Shown here piece after piece: positions 1 through 13,488 of a stretch of 64,000 bases of DNA. The position numbers and the translations under genes were made by a program. Numbering within the stretch: position 1 is the first letter of the stretch; each line of letters begins with the position of its first letter. Below the pieces are notes generated by a model that was not told the DNA's origin, made no database searches, and saw only the letters and a list, made by a program, of their open reading frames with translations. Source of the stretch: Eledone cirrhosa (Eukaryota); contig OZ024740.1 in assembly GCA_964016885.1 (NCBI GenBank), forward strand, positions 87,668,001-87,732,000, given 5' to 3'.

Positions 1-867
1 CATATATTTCATTGGTTTGTGGTAGCAATTGTTATTTTTACTAAATTACTTTTGATAGGCTAGCATTCTATCTTGGGAAGATTTTTTTCTCATCTACTTA
101 ATGTTAAAGAACTACGTGTAAATCCTGGCTTGTTATAGATCATAAGGAAACAGAAAAAAGTTAGCATTAGATTTTATGAACCTGGTGATATTTTCAGTCT
201 CCATGCTACAAATTTATAATCATGATTCATTCTTAAAAGCATTTACAGTGCGACCCCAATCAAAATACGGCCTTTTACGTTCTTTTTGACAATTCACAAA
301 TTATGAATTAAAACATAAAAAAGGTATACCCTTCATTCTTGGTATAAAATTTACATTTATGATTTCAATAGTAATTATCTTGTCATTCACCAAAGAGTTA
401 GAAGCAATACTTAATGATTTCAATAATGTCTGATTAAAATTGAATATCTTCAGATATATACATAAAATTACTTTAATGGAAATATTTCTAATTCAAAATT
501 AAATTATATACCAGTGACTTACTTCACAGATGCCCAGAAGGAGGGTAATCAAATACAATTGATATTCAGTAAGAAACTGCAGACCTTTCACCCTTCATTG
601 TACAGTATTGTAATTCTGAGTTCTATCTACTGAACGAAGTAGTTACGATTTTGAATATGGGTGGGTCAACATAATCATTAATTTCTTTTATTCCTTTATA
701 CTTTTACTGGTTTCGGTCATTAGACTGCAGTCATGCTGCAGCATCACATTCCTTTATTCTTTTACAGGTTTCGATCAATTGACTGCGGTCATGCAGTAGA
801 TTTAGTTGATTATACCAACTCTAGTACATATATTTCTAATTTTAGTACTTATTTTATCAATCTTTTG

Positions 868-1500
868 TTATTCAGGAGAACTTCTGTCCGAGTTGTTATC
901 CAGAGCGTTAATTACTTGAATGAGTTTGATGTCACAGTTGTAATACTTCATCATTTTCCACAAACCCTCATGCCAAACATGATCAAAGGTGATTTTTTAA
1001 AGTCGAAGTAATGATAGGAGGCAGAGTCCACGATCATTTGTTTCTACAATCCCAAATCATCCCACTGTCATATGCATTTGGTCATATGCATCTGGGACTA
1101 CTTTGACATTCCAGTCTCCTAAGATGATGAAGATGTAATTTTTCTCCAGATCCTCATAAAACTCATCAACATCATCATAATTGAGTGTTGATGCATAGAC
1201 TTGTATGATGGTAATATTCTGTGATCTTGCAGCCCCATGCATGGTGATGAGTCTGCTGGATACTGATGACTGAGCTCACTCTGGTTTCATTAATGATGAA
1301 ATCCACTATGTTCGTGCTTGGTGTCATCACCACTGTATCACAGTTTGTGGCCCCACCAAATCAAGGCCATCTGACTTCAGCCAGCCCTAAAATATCCAAT
1401 GTGCATCTGGCAAGTTCGTGTAATTTCTTTCATCCTTCCACAAACATAGAGAATGCTGATGTTCCATGTCCCAAGACAGTATGTTCTTTATAAAGGATGA
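868..1500 (-). mobile_element. Degenerate RTE (BovB-like) LINE fragment: APE endonuclease part joined to a short RT remnant
   Basis: ORF 1057..1242(-) has NITIIQVYASTLNYDDVDEFYEDL..IILGDWNVKV, the classic RTE APE motifs; the minus strand at ~870-1010 reads like an RT-domain piece (IKLIQVINALDNN..VLLNN). Multiple stops and deletions. Confidence 0.8.
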
Positions 1501-2939
1501 TTCTTGATGTAGGTGTCATTGCCATTGTTGTCATCAGGGTGTTCAGGTAAAAAAAACACTTTGATGTCCGGTAGTGACATCCTTAGGGATGGATGGGTAC
1601 ATTGATTATTCTCACTATTGGCTCTGAAAACGTTTCAGCCACACCCTGGAAACTGCTTCTGCTGGCAGGTTAAACTTAATGAAGGACTTGATGCTTAGAG
1701 AGGAGACAGGCACCACCAAGCATTCTAAGGCACACAGAATTACCATGATAGACAAACATATAATATACCAGATCAGTCGAGATACAGAAAACCAATGACC
1801 GCGCTCTCAACTGCTATTGGAGGTGATGAATGTGCAACTGGGACAATGACAACAACCACACAGACCTACTTGCATCTATAATTATAGAACTATTCAGCAA
1901 ACAATTTCTCTAAATAGGTTTGCTGCTAAATTATGAGCAAAGTCTAATGAAAGTTCGCTGACCATCCTCTATTTTGAGTTGTGTTTTGTAAGAAATCATG
2001 ATTTTCTTTTTTTATGAACATTTTTATAAGATATAGAATGAGTTATACCTCTGATTGATTAAATACAACAAAGAAAAAAAACAATACAAAATAGTAAATA
2101 AATCAAAAGCAAACAAACTGCTTAGATATTTCTGTCTTTGTAAAAGCAGAATGGTAAGGAAATATTGGGTGACAGAAAAATATAGATGCAAGTAGATGTA
2201 TAAAACTATACAACAAAAAAAAACTACACATTTGATCTTGGATTTTGTATCTTGTTACATTTTACTATATTATTCAACAGTAGAAAGTAAAATTCATCTC
2301 AATTCAAAATAGCTGAACATTGTTTTCACATATTTCAAATACTTTTTGTCTTTTAAATTTTTTCTGTTGACTATTTTAAAAGTAAGTTTAATTCAAGCAT
2401 AAATTTTGGATATTTGTGATGCTCAATTCCAATGTTTATTTGCTTCTAATATTAGGAATAATTTTTTAAAAAAGATAAAAAGCTTGTAATAGTCCTAAAT
2501 TTATTAGGTCTTTGCTCTAGTGTCTGGCTAGCTATACAATTTATCATCTGGTTATGAAAAAAATAAATGAAAAAAATTTGTAATCCTTTTAACTCCAGAC
2601 CAACAGTAATTATATTTTATATTTCTGTCTCCATTAGTTATGCAGCTTCTATTAAATTATATTTTGTTAGATACCATGAATGTTTATAGGACATGTTTGT
2701 ATTAGAATATTTATCCAATCATCATCAAGGCACAATCTCTCATTTGTAAGTTTTCTAAGCAATGGCAGCAACACTGCTTACATGTAGCTTTATCCCAAGA
2801 GAACAGACAAAAGCATTTAGCAAGACCAGTTCTTTCTAAAACTATTTTCCAAAATAGATTCTTTTTCCTCTCTGTCTTTATTTCTCTCTCTCACTCTCTC
2901 CTTTCAGTTGCAAGAAATATTTTCAATAGGTAACACTGA

Positions 2940-3620
2940 AGACCTTACAAACAAAATTCCAGTGATGCTTCTAAAGAGAAAATGAAAAGAGAGGAAAAAG
3001 AAAATTTCAATTGATACTATCTAACCATCTCCATTGCTTGCAACTGTGTTTTGATTGATGAGACCTCTGATTCTCTCTTTGTGCCAGCCCAAATATGGTA
3101 TCCAAGCTACAGAATGAACTCTGTGAATCTTTATGATTGGCGTTCTTATCCACTCAGACAATGAGTTAGTTATTGTGAATTTTATTTATCATATATAGTA
3201 TGCGTTGTACCTGAGGATGATAGAATGTTCAGATGATCTTTCTGTCTGCCTTTCTCTAGTCAAAACATTGCAGCGGAAACAAGGAAAGATGAGTATTCTC
3301 GGAAATGGTGTGAAGTAGCAATGATAAGTCATCTCTGATATGTTGGATTTTGACAAGAATACTCAATTAACTGAATAATATGATCTGAGGGTGATCATAA
3401 AATTATACAAATCTAACACAGAATAACAGAGTAGAATGGCACTCTCCCAAGTTCTCTTCACATTTATATAATGTCTGAATCGAAAGCAGCATTCTGTTTT
3501 TTCTAGAATTTCTGTTATATGAATGACTGGCCAGTTTTAATAGTTCCAAGAAATTGTTCTAGCTAACAACTTAGAAGAACATCGCCAACAATTAAAAAAA
3601 TGCTTTTTCACTAACCATAA
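2940..3620 (+). mobile_element. Possible ancient hAT-type transposase remnant
   Basis: Broken peptide pieces resembling the DES/TD catalytic motif (attgatgagacctctgat = IDETSD) and a LN.LN..L.G-like stretch near 3350-3400; heavily decayed. Confidence 0.3.
3203..3275 (+). mobile_element. Decayed Penelope-type hammerhead ribozyme relic
   Basis: CGTTGTA-c-CTGAGGA-TGATAGA...TCTAGTC-AAAAC-at-TGCAGCG: CUGANGA box, stem II, GAAAC box with a CpG-type G>A change, and stem I CGTTGTA/TGCAGCG. Confidence 0.45.
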
Positions 3621-4534
3621 TCATCAACTATCTAAATCTGACTTGTTTGCTTTGATAATTTAATAAATAGAAATATTTGATTAAAAAAAATAACAGCATT
3701 CTATTTTTTAGTTTGAAAGAAGAAAAAAAAAAGTATGTCAACATATAAATAGAAATAAATTTTATTCTAAACAGTAGCCAATGAAAATGTTCAAAGATAT
3801 GAATATTTATTGATGTCATTCGATTAGAGTTAAAATAAAGACAGAAAAAAAAATTCTAATGAAAAACCTGTAATTTTATATTTTAGGGTGGGGTCATTAT
3901 CTGAGAATAAAGATCATTGCTTTTAACTTTCAAATCCATAGTGGACAAAAAGAAACAAGGAGAAGTAATATTAAAAGTGCACTGTTGAATTCTTAGCATA
4001 TCAAAGGGACACACAAGAGAGAAGGATGGTGCCATAATGAAGAAGAACTGCAAGTAAAGCATCACAGTTGGGTATTAAAGAAAAGAGTTGTGTGTAAGAA
4101 GCAGATAAAAAGATGAAGTACACACATGTTGAAAGAGTGGTAGTGGGCAGGCAACTAGAAATATGAGATCAGAGTCCAATACAAAATTGGTTACGAAAAA
4201 GTAAAGAAAATGAGAGACATCACGAGCATTGATTTTGGATTGAAGATTTATATTAAGAAATGGTGATTGCTGGTTACAGGGTTGCCAGATCAATTTCATA
4301 GTTTTCAAAAAGTAATAAATTCTGTTAGAAAATAGCTGAATAAAGATGCCCTTCCTATCTTCAAGCACTTTACAAAGTGTACGGGAGGTGTTTATAATTC
4401 ATATATATATGTAGAGAGAGAGAGCAAGAGAGGGGAATAATCCATTATTTTGGTAAGGAACATCAAGCTTGATGCATTATTAAAGTCGGAATTTGAATAA
4501 CAAGCTTGGTTTTTCTTTTGCATTTACATATATA

Positions 4535-4830
4535 TCATCATCGCTTAACATTCATCTTCCACGCTAGCATGGGCTAGAATGTTTTGTTCCATTTGATGCG
4601 GGAATGGTCGGGAGACTGTCTCGCTCATACGGAAGTGTCTCTGGCAGGAATTTTACAGCTGGATGCCCTTCCTAACACCAACCACATTTACAGTGTGGAC
4701 TGGGAGCCTTTTTACCATGTCTCCTACACGGTCACCTTACAGTGTGGACTGTTGTGTCATTAACACAGTGGACGGAACAGGAAAGGGAGGATGGGGGGTA
4801 TATTGGGTTAAGAGGTGCCTACTGACTAGA
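4535..4830 (-). mobile_element. RTE 3' UTR / RTE-tailed SINE fragment
   Basis: Reverse complement of 8160-8535 (catcatc..ttaac..ttccacgctagcatggg; gctggatgcccttcctaacaccaaccac; aggtgcctactgac). Confidence 0.8.
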
Positions 4831-4892
4831 TTTGTATGCAATGGTAGTTGGGTCTGCTGTACAACTACATGATGCCATCTCGATCCAGTGTC

Positions 4893-4926
<34 letters not shown>

Positions 4927-4927
<1 letters not shown>

Positions 4928-4990
4928 ACGAAGGAGGTGTGGTAAGGAACCAGATGGAACATAACACACCAGAGTACTCAATACTTCGGG
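4927..4990 (-). mobile_element. Solo fragment of the terminal-repeat family also at 59265-59445 and 62928-63270 (Penelope pLTR-like)
   Basis: aacgaaggaggtgtggtaaggaaccagatggaacataacacaccagagtactcaatactt is almost identical to 59264-59323; (TA)n on both sides. Confidence 0.7.
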
Positions 4991-5387
4991 TATATATATA
5001 TGAAATATAGTTGTTATTCAGTAATTTAGTGGTTTACTGGGGGTAGTACAAATATTAGAACTCAATGCTAAAGCAGAGTATAAATATTAAGAATAACATG
5101 ACGAGATTCACATGAATGATTTTATTGCTTAAAATCAGCTACAAACGTTTCACAGATGATTGGCTCAAGGTCCATATGTTATAAACTGACTCCAGCATTA
5201 ATTTGCTGATCAGACTTGTTAATCAAACAAAAACCAAAGTTTTATCCAAGGTTGTTTTTAATCTATAAAACATTCATATAGAACTTTGTCAGTTATTTTA
5301 TATATATATATACACAATATTTTATACATATTATACACAATGCTTCAAGTAAACTATAACATTTTATTATTATTATTATTTCGAAAG

Positions 5388-7106
5388 TATGGTGGGATGG
5401 GGGAAGTAGAGAACACTATCAAGTTGCCAGGAGGGAAGCTAGGAGACAAGTGTACTTTGCAAGAAGGAAAGCAGAGGAAAGAAAGTTCAAGCATGTTCTA
5501 CAACGCGAGGTGTTCAGGATTGCTAGGCCAGTGTGTCAAGGAAAACTGTGATATTGTCGGGGAGAAGTGTGTACTTAATGATGATGGTGTACTTGCCATC
5601 ACTGATGCTGATAAGAAGGTAGCTGGGAAGTGTCACTACGAGAGGCTACTAAATGAGGAGAATAAATGGGACAAAGATAGTCTGCCCCACATCGATCCAA
5701 TAGAGGGACCAGCAGTGCAAGTTGAAGGTAGTACAATAAGTAAGGTAATCAAAGATATGAAGACAGGCAAGGCAGCTGGGCCTTCGGTGATAGTTGCTGA
5801 AATGCGGAAAGCATCTGGAACAGTGGGACACACCATGGTCACCCGAATAGTGAACCAAGTCATACAGAATGGGGTCATACCAAATGACTGGCATAGCAGC
5901 ATCATCATTAACTGCGACAAGGGTAAAGGAGATGCGCTAGATAGAGGAAACTATAGGGGCATTAAATTAATTGACTAGGTCCTGAAGGTCACAGAAAAAG
6001 TTATAGCGCAACTAATCAGAGAGATAATTGAGCTAGACGAAATGCAGTTTGGGTTTGTGTCAGGTAAAAGTACCACAGACGCCCTTTTCCTTGTACGACA
6101 ACTACAGGAGAAGTACCTAGCTAAAAGTAAACCACTATACTTAGCTTTTGTTGACTTGGAGAAAGCATTTGACAGAGTCCCCCGCGCCATTATCTAGTGG
6201 GCCCTTAGAAAACTAGGGGTTGATGAATGGCTTGAGAGAGCTATACAAGCCATGTATAAAGAAACAGTCAGCAAGGTTAGAATTAACAATGAATATAGTG
6301 AAGAATTTAGCGTAAAAGTTGGTGTTCATCAGAGCTCTGTCCTTAGCCCCCTCCAGGCTATAACAGGAGTTCAAGACCTGCTGCCCATGGGAACTTCTCT
6401 ATGCAGATGATCTAACGCTCATTGCTGAATCAATGGATGAACTAGAGAAGAAATTCCAAACATGGAAGCATGGCCTAGAATCAAAAGGCCTTAAAGTTAA
6501 CTTGTCTAAGACTAAAGTTCTAGTATGTAGGAAGGAAAATAGGGCACAGGTCCCTTCTGGGAAAGGGCCATGCTCAGTGTGTAGGAAAGGAGTAGGCAGA
6601 AATTCCATTTTATGTCCCAAATGCCAAGTATGGGTGCATAAAAGACGTAGTGGGATCACAGGTAAGCTATCTAAGAACGTAGATTTTATATGTGGCCGGT
6701 GCTCAGGTGCAATAAGTAGCAAGCGCCCACAAGATACTAGCTCCTTCTATTGCCCAGATAGCTCTATAGAAATAGTGGACACCTTCCGTTACCTGGGTGA
6801 CAAAATCAGCAGTGGTGGAGGGTGCTCAGAAACTACAGTAGCCAGAGTCAGAACAGGATGGAAAAAGTTCAGAGAGCTTATACCACTATTGGCCGCTAAA
6901 GGTTTCTCTCTAAAAATGAAAGGCAGACTGTATGATGCCTGCATACGAACAGCTATGTTACATGGGCATTGTGTGCAGAGGATCTGCGCAGACTGGAGAG
7001 GAACGAAGCATGCATGCTCCGCTGGATGTGTAATAGTAATATATGTGAACAGCAAAGCATAAAGTGAGAAATTAGGTATAAGAGGGATCAGATGCTGTTT
7101 ACTGGA
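5388..7106 (+). mobile_element. RTE-clade LINE copy A (5'- and 3'-truncated RT pseudogene)
   Basis: Motifs MKTGKAAGPS..AEM, IPNDW..SIII..KGKGDALDRGNYRGIKL, QFGFV.GKSTTDA.F, AFVDLEKAFDRVP, GVHQ.SVLSP, LLYADDL, GLKVNLSKTK, FRYLG; in-frame stops (5976, 6195) and frameshifts. Confidence 0.95.
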
Positions 7107-7210
7107 AATATAGTGACTGTTTTTACGAAGACAAGAGTGACAACAGAAGTAAAAAAAATTTGCATAAAATTAGCAGTTGAAAATTGCGAACAAATATCGT
7201 CCGCACCCTG
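7107..7210. mobile_element. Probable Tc1/mariner-type DNA transposon end wedged between two LINE pieces
   Basis: Non-LINE segment ending ...cgtccgcaccctg|ta, the reverse complement of a TA|CAGGGTG terminus (same terminus type as MITE 54826-54903). Confidence 0.4.
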
Positions 7211-7260
7211 TATACATATGTATATATGACCATACATTTGCATATATGTACACACACACA

Positions 7261-8535
7261 CATAGCCTAGAATCAAAAGGCCTTAAAGTTAACTTGTCTA
7301 AGACTAAAGTTCTTGTTTGTAGGAAGGAAAATAGGGTACCGGACCCATCTGGGAAATGGCCATGCTCAGTGTGTAGGAAAGGAGTAGGTAGAAACTCCAT
7401 TTTATGTCCCAAGTGCAAAGTATGGGTACATAAAAGATGTAGTGGGATCACAGGTAAGCTAACTAAGAATATAGATTTTATATGCGGCCGGTGCTCTGGT
7501 GCAATAAGTAGCAGCAAGTGCCCACAGAATACTAACTCATTCCATTGCACAGATGGTTCTATAGAAATAGTGGACAGCTTCCGTTACCTGGGTGACAAAA
7601 TCAGCAGTGGGAGAGGGTGCTCTGAAAGTACAGTAGCTAGAGTCAGAACGGGATGGAAAAAGTTCAGAGAGCTTATACCACTATTGGCCGCTAAAGGGTT
7701 CTCTCTAAAAATGAAAGGCAGGCTGTATGATGCCTGCATACGAACAGCAATGTTACATGGCAGCGAGACCTGGGCGTTGTGTGCAGAGGATATACGCAGA
7801 CTGGAGAGAAACGAAGCTTGCTTGCTCCGCTGGATGTGTAATAGTAATATACGTGAACGGCAAAGCATAAACGAACTAAGGGAGTAATTAGGAATAAGAG
7901 GGATCAGATGTTGTTTACTCGAGAGAAGACTATGTTGGTACGGTCACGTGATACGCATGAAAGACGACAGCTGTATAAAAAAGTGCAGGGCAATAAAAAT
8001 AGACGGTAGCCACGGAGTAGGCAGACCCAGAAAAACCTGGGACAACTTGATAAATTCCGACCTCACACACTTAAACTTCTCCAAGACAATGTCACTGGAC
8101 CGAGATCTTTGGCGCTACACAGTAATCGAGAAGACCCGCCTTACCTAAGTGCAAAGTGAAACCTACTACAATCAGTAGGCACCTCTAACAAAATAGACCC
8201 CCGTCCCACTACCCCCACCCCATCCACACCACTCCTTTCAATGTAAAGTTATGTTGGTACCACAACATCCAGCCTGAAACAAATGAGGTCGTGTAGGTGT
8301 CACAACATAAAAACACACAGTCCACGCTGTAATGTGGCCGTGTAGGTAACACGGTAAAAACCTCCCACTTCCACGCTGTAAATGTGGTTGGTGTTAGGAA
8401 GGGCATCCAGCCGTAGAAAACCCGCCAGACAGTCCTATGCGAGCAAGACAACCACTCTTGCCTCAAGTGGGAAAACTCCCGTCCAAACCCATGCGAGCGT
8501 GGAACATGGACGTTAAACGAAGATGATGATGATGA
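7261..8535 (+). mobile_element. RTE-clade LINE copy B (5'-truncated, complete 3' end with (GAT)n tail)
   Basis: Re-starts at the position of copy A 6469 (offset 792); encodes GLKVNLSKTK..PHD..FRYLG..KGRLY..GSETW..RL.WYGHV.RM..GRPRKTW; ORF stop at 8148, then 3' UTR and ggacgttaaacgaagatgatgatgatga tail. Confidence 0.95.
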
Positions 8536-10928
8536 CACACACACATATTATATGTATATAGTTATGAGCCACATTTAAGACCTATTACAGAATAACTGTT
8601 ATAAGATAATAGTACAAGAGTATTTCAATTCCACAACCAAATCCATACACATAAATACATCAATTGGCTATGCTAAAAATACATTCAATCAACACAGTAA
8701 AATAGGTATACTACTTTGGACCTTGCCCAATCCATAAAAGCATGAAAAAGAAAAAAGAATTATGTATGGTGTCTGAGTGTATATTTATGCTTATTTGTCC
8801 CATTCAGGCTAGTATGGAAAACGGATGAGGAACAATAATGATGATATTGATGTATGCATTGTAGTGAATTATTTCATCTAGGTTTTAGTGTAGTACTTCA
8901 TATCATCATCATCATCATTTAACGTCCACTTTCCCTGCTAGAAATCAGTATTGAAGAAGGGTTACTGAACTCCCAGACGTGTTGGTAGTGGGGTGGGTGG
9001 ATTCAGGTCTGCATTCCACTTATGTACAATGATACATTCTATTGAGAGTGAAGAAGAGGTTGTCATGTCTTGGCACAAACTGAAGGGTTCTTCCAACCCT
9101 TTGTTTGGCAAACTTTCTATGGCTAGATGCTTTTCCTAACACCAACCAATTTACATCATGTACTGGATGGATTTCTCATGTAGATCCCCAACACTAGAAC
9201 AGCTATTGTGTTTCACGCAAGTGAAGGGTCCTCTCAACCCTAGTCCCCTCTAGAGTGAGAGAATAAGTAAGTGAAATCTTCAGCTAACAGAAAATTTTTC
9301 ACAACTCTGTAAATTTGCATGACTTTCTACAGTATAGCTCAGGTGGTTCAGAAACTTTTTAAGATTAGTTTTTAGACTGTTTATAACAAAGATTCTATCA
9401 TTCTTCAAGTGGAAAGAAGTAAAATAGTAAATATTTTCAGACGGACTAATTCTTTTTATACTGCTTAGTCAAAAAGCCAAGGGCAGCAACTATAACTGCA
9501 TTTTATTCAGGGCCTCTGAGACTGGTGTGAGGAAGGAAGGAATTTATCTTCAAGTCAGAAACACAGCTCAAATGCCTACAAAAGAATGGATACTACTAAA
9601 GGCCAGGTGAAAAGGTAGCTAGCTGAAGGGACAAGAGAGTTAAACTACTGACTCATGATTCGGGGGTTAAAAAAATGGTTGTATTTTGAGGCAAGACCCC
9701 CCACACACACACCGAAAATAAGATACAGGGCACTGATCTAAGAAAGTTACTAAATGAAAGACTTTGGAGGTGGTATTATATTGGATTCTCAGGTCATATA
9801 ATTTCAAATTTTGTAACAAATTCATGGTTAAGTTTGCTTCAGAACCTCTCAGGATTTCACATTTGATCCTACTATGTGGTACCTTGGCTAAGTGTCTTCA
9901 ACTATAGACTAAATCCAGCAAAGATCTTGTGAGTGAAAATGGATAGAAACACTGTAAAAGCCTGCTGGATGGACTGTTCTTGTTCTTGGTTAGTACTCTT
10001 AATCTGTCATCTAGTTTACCACCACTAGCTAGATCATGGGTGAGTTTGGGGCAATCCACTCCATCACAAGTTTTTGTGAAAGTTCCTCAAACTGATGATA
10101 ATTTCTTTCCTTCTCACTAGTCTAAGGCCCTGAAAAATCATGGAGTGCTACCTATCCTTCCATAATTAAGTCATTAAAAAATTAAGCTCTACTTTTCCCC
10201 TGTTTTAAACAAAATACATTACTGATAACTGTAATTGATTCTTGTGGGTGGGGAGATGAAATATGAAACAAAAAACAACAAAAACAATAGAAAAAGATCT
10301 GGGGGTGAGTTTGAACTCAGATTATCAAAGGATGTGACTGAATTAAGTGAAGTCTTAGTGCTATTGCTTCTGTTAAACCTATCAACTCCCCCAAAATTAC
10401 TATTACATATATTACAATGATAGCAACATTAACAACAAAAAGAAGAAATTCAGTAAGAAAAATAAAAGTTGAACATTGAAAATAAAGTAGACAGCAATTA
10501 TATGAAGTACAATTTATTAAGTTTTAAGCATATTTAATCTGCTGTCAGTTTACAGATAGCAATTGTCAAGTCCAAGTCAAGAATATATCATTTATGCAAA
10601 GCGGTCAGTTGAATGCAGATTTTCAATTTCAACTCAATATCAATCACTTCAACCACATTTTTATTTCCCCAGCATCAGCCAACATACACCAACAAAATTG
10701 TCAGTTAACATCAAGGAGACATAATTATTCTCATTTAATTTATAAAAATCACTCATCCTTACAAAGAATTTTAAAAGATAAGCATGCAGCTATTCAGGAT
10801 TGTTAACATAAAGCATTAATCTTAATTAAGATAAAGAGGCAACATTACCAGTATTACCTCCTACCTATACTGATGTACTGCATTCTTATAGCTCCCACTC
10901 TCCCACTATATTGCTAGCATTTTCTATT

Positions 10929-10980
<52 letters not shown>

Positions 10981-11789
10981 AACACATACATATTCCTATA
11001 CTATGTTTATATTACCTTATCTCCCCCATACATACAAAGTAAAGGATGGTGTTGATTTCTAGATGACATGAAATATGTGCATGTGTGATGGTATGCACAC
11101 ACAAATATATATATATATATAATATATACAATCCAATAAAGTATATATATATACTTTAATTTATTTTATACATATGTGTGTGTGTCATGCTGCTAGCTAA
11201 ACATTGAAGTAAACAGCTACATATTATTTTGACTCAATCTAAAACAGTATTTGAGTCCTTCATTCAGTGCATGCTTAGAAAATTTAATTACACAAAAGTA
11301 CAGAACAATTATATATATGTATGTGTGCACATGCAAGTACACACACATTCATGAAATATTTGGATGGCTAAGACTGAGCTATGGAATGTCAGCTGATAAG
11401 ATTGTATATGCTAGACACATTAAGAACTAAAATCAATGCACTAGATATAGAAATCATCAGAGATGATGTATGGCTGTCCATGTGCTCCAATACCACATAA
11501 ATGGCCATACACAGGATAACTAGATATAAGGGACATGATTGTAAATTTTAAAGAGTTGGACCATAAAATTACACAATTACCATTACAGTTACCACCAACC
11601 ACAGTATACTACATTTTCAAGATATAAATGACTTAGATACCTGAAAATAGCAACTGTTTGGAAATCCAAATGATTAATCACTACGTATAAACAAAAACAC
11701 AATATTATAGAAAAGTTAATCTGAAATTTAGTGAGTAAGCAAACTGATGACCAAGGGCATTCCAACTGTGACCATTTAGAAAGTACAAT

Positions 11790-12580
11790 ATTTAATGGAT
11801 CTTAGGACAGTAGGGTGTAAATTGAGGTAGATTTGGTTGAAAAGGATAGCAGGGTGAATGATTGCATAGCAGCCCCTTAGTATAAGCAGTGGAATAATAT
11901 ATCCTCAGGTAGAAATACTGCTGACAACACCTTTGAAAGAAGAAGTTTAAAGAGAAGATTAAATTCTTATCCCAGAACAGCGACATAGCAGACCAAGAAA
12001 ATGAAACATCATCAGGGTTCTACCCATAATATTAAATGTAGTTAGGAATTTCTTAATGTTAAATTAATCAGGAACCATTTTCCAGCCAACCACAAATGTA
12101 CAAGAGCTATTCAATAAAAATAAAATACTGTCAAAGTAATCTATGGTTGCACAAGGAATGTAGGTAATATTATAAAAAGCAAACATAACAAATGTATCAA
12201 GTGCAATGTTGGGGATCTCAAATTTAGTTGTAAGACAAAGTTAAACCAATGGCATACACTTAAGTTAGACAAGTATCTACAGAACTACAGAGCTAAATTA
12301 CATCTCTGGCAGGTAGCAGAAAATTTGAAAGAAATTAGATTAGTATGAGTGAGGTTAGTTTCAAAGGAGGTCTCTTTAATCATTCAGATATAGGAGAAAG
12401 AGAAATGTCACAACTGTATCAAAATACATACTGATAGGAGGGAAGGGAGGGAATGAGTCTAAAAGACCACGATGTTGAAGACATTGAATGGTCGATCACT
12501 GAGCACAGTGCATACTCCTTTATTGAGTAAAGACAATGTCACCTCTGTTGCTGCTGAAAATATAGATCTTGATGCAACAA
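11790..12580 (-). mobile_element. Ancient CR1/Jockey-like LINE RT remnant
   Basis: Minus-strand fragments LSDRPFNV and FLLYLND resemble the FLSDR...LFLLYINDL RT segment; very degraded. Confidence 0.4.
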
Positions 12581-12587
12581 TTCACAC

Positions 12588-12643
<56 letters not shown>

Positions 12644-12875
12644 AACAATAATAAAAAAAACATAAATCATCATGAAATGCTGTCATTAAAATAGATTCTA
12701 GCTAGAAAAGAGGAAGCCTGACTGATCTATCATATATATGCAAATCACACTTGTAATTGAGCCCTTTGTCATTTTAAAGATCTTTCTTCATTCAAATATC
12801 ACTCAAAGAAAGAATGGCATTATAGGCAGTTAATAATTATAACGGATGTAAAACGGTGATGATGATGATGATGAT

Positions 12876-13140
12876 ATCATCATCACTGTTTTAAGTTCAC
12901 TTTTCCATTCTTGTGTGGGCTGGAGGAATTCTTTTCCAGCACAGCATCTTTCTAATTGTCTCAGTCCTCCGTCATCTCCTCTGTGATGTTTATTGATTTG
13001 AAATCAGCCCCGACACCTGCCCAGATCTTCCTTGGTCTCTCTCAACCACAGTTCACTCCACTGTGATTTTTCGGCACTACTTCAACCAACGCTCATCATC
13101 CATAAACATCACATGGTCATACTAGTGCAGTCTTCACTCA
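12876..13140 (-). mobile_element. RTE LINE 3' fragment with (CAT)n tail
   Basis: Similar to 27757-27990 (GRPRK.W..V..D..MT.D region) and ends in atcatcatcactgttttaagttcacttttcca. Confidence 0.65.
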
Positions 13141-13226
13141 TGCCTGATGATGATGTGAGGGTGCAGGTGAAACTCCAGAGTAACAAGGCTCACTACTTAG
13201 CCATATTAAATTAATATATACAAATA

Positions 13227-13413
13227 TGAGAGTTGGTTGAAAAGTTCATAGGCTGACTATAAAGGAGTGACTATGAAGTTGAAATCTTGCATGCATCAAT
13301 TTAAACTCTTAATTGCATTGTTTCTTTCCAGGGACTATGATAAAAAATAAACCTCACTTGGTTATTACATCAGAGTAGCTTGGTCAGCCTATGAACTTTT
13401 CAGTCGACCCATG
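13227..13413. mobile_element. Tc1/mariner-type MITE
   Basis: TIRs tgaaaagttcataggctgac / gtcagcctatgaacttttca, TA on both sides; same family as 13830-14024 and 62157-62418. Confidence 0.9.
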
Positions 13414-13416
13414 TAC

Positions 13417-13488
<72 letters not shown>

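Noticed and set aside
5286-8148. Active or domesticated reverse transcriptase gene
   Set aside because: In-frame stops and frameshifts, no endonuclease domain, and ORF starts derive from flanking low-complexity DNA.
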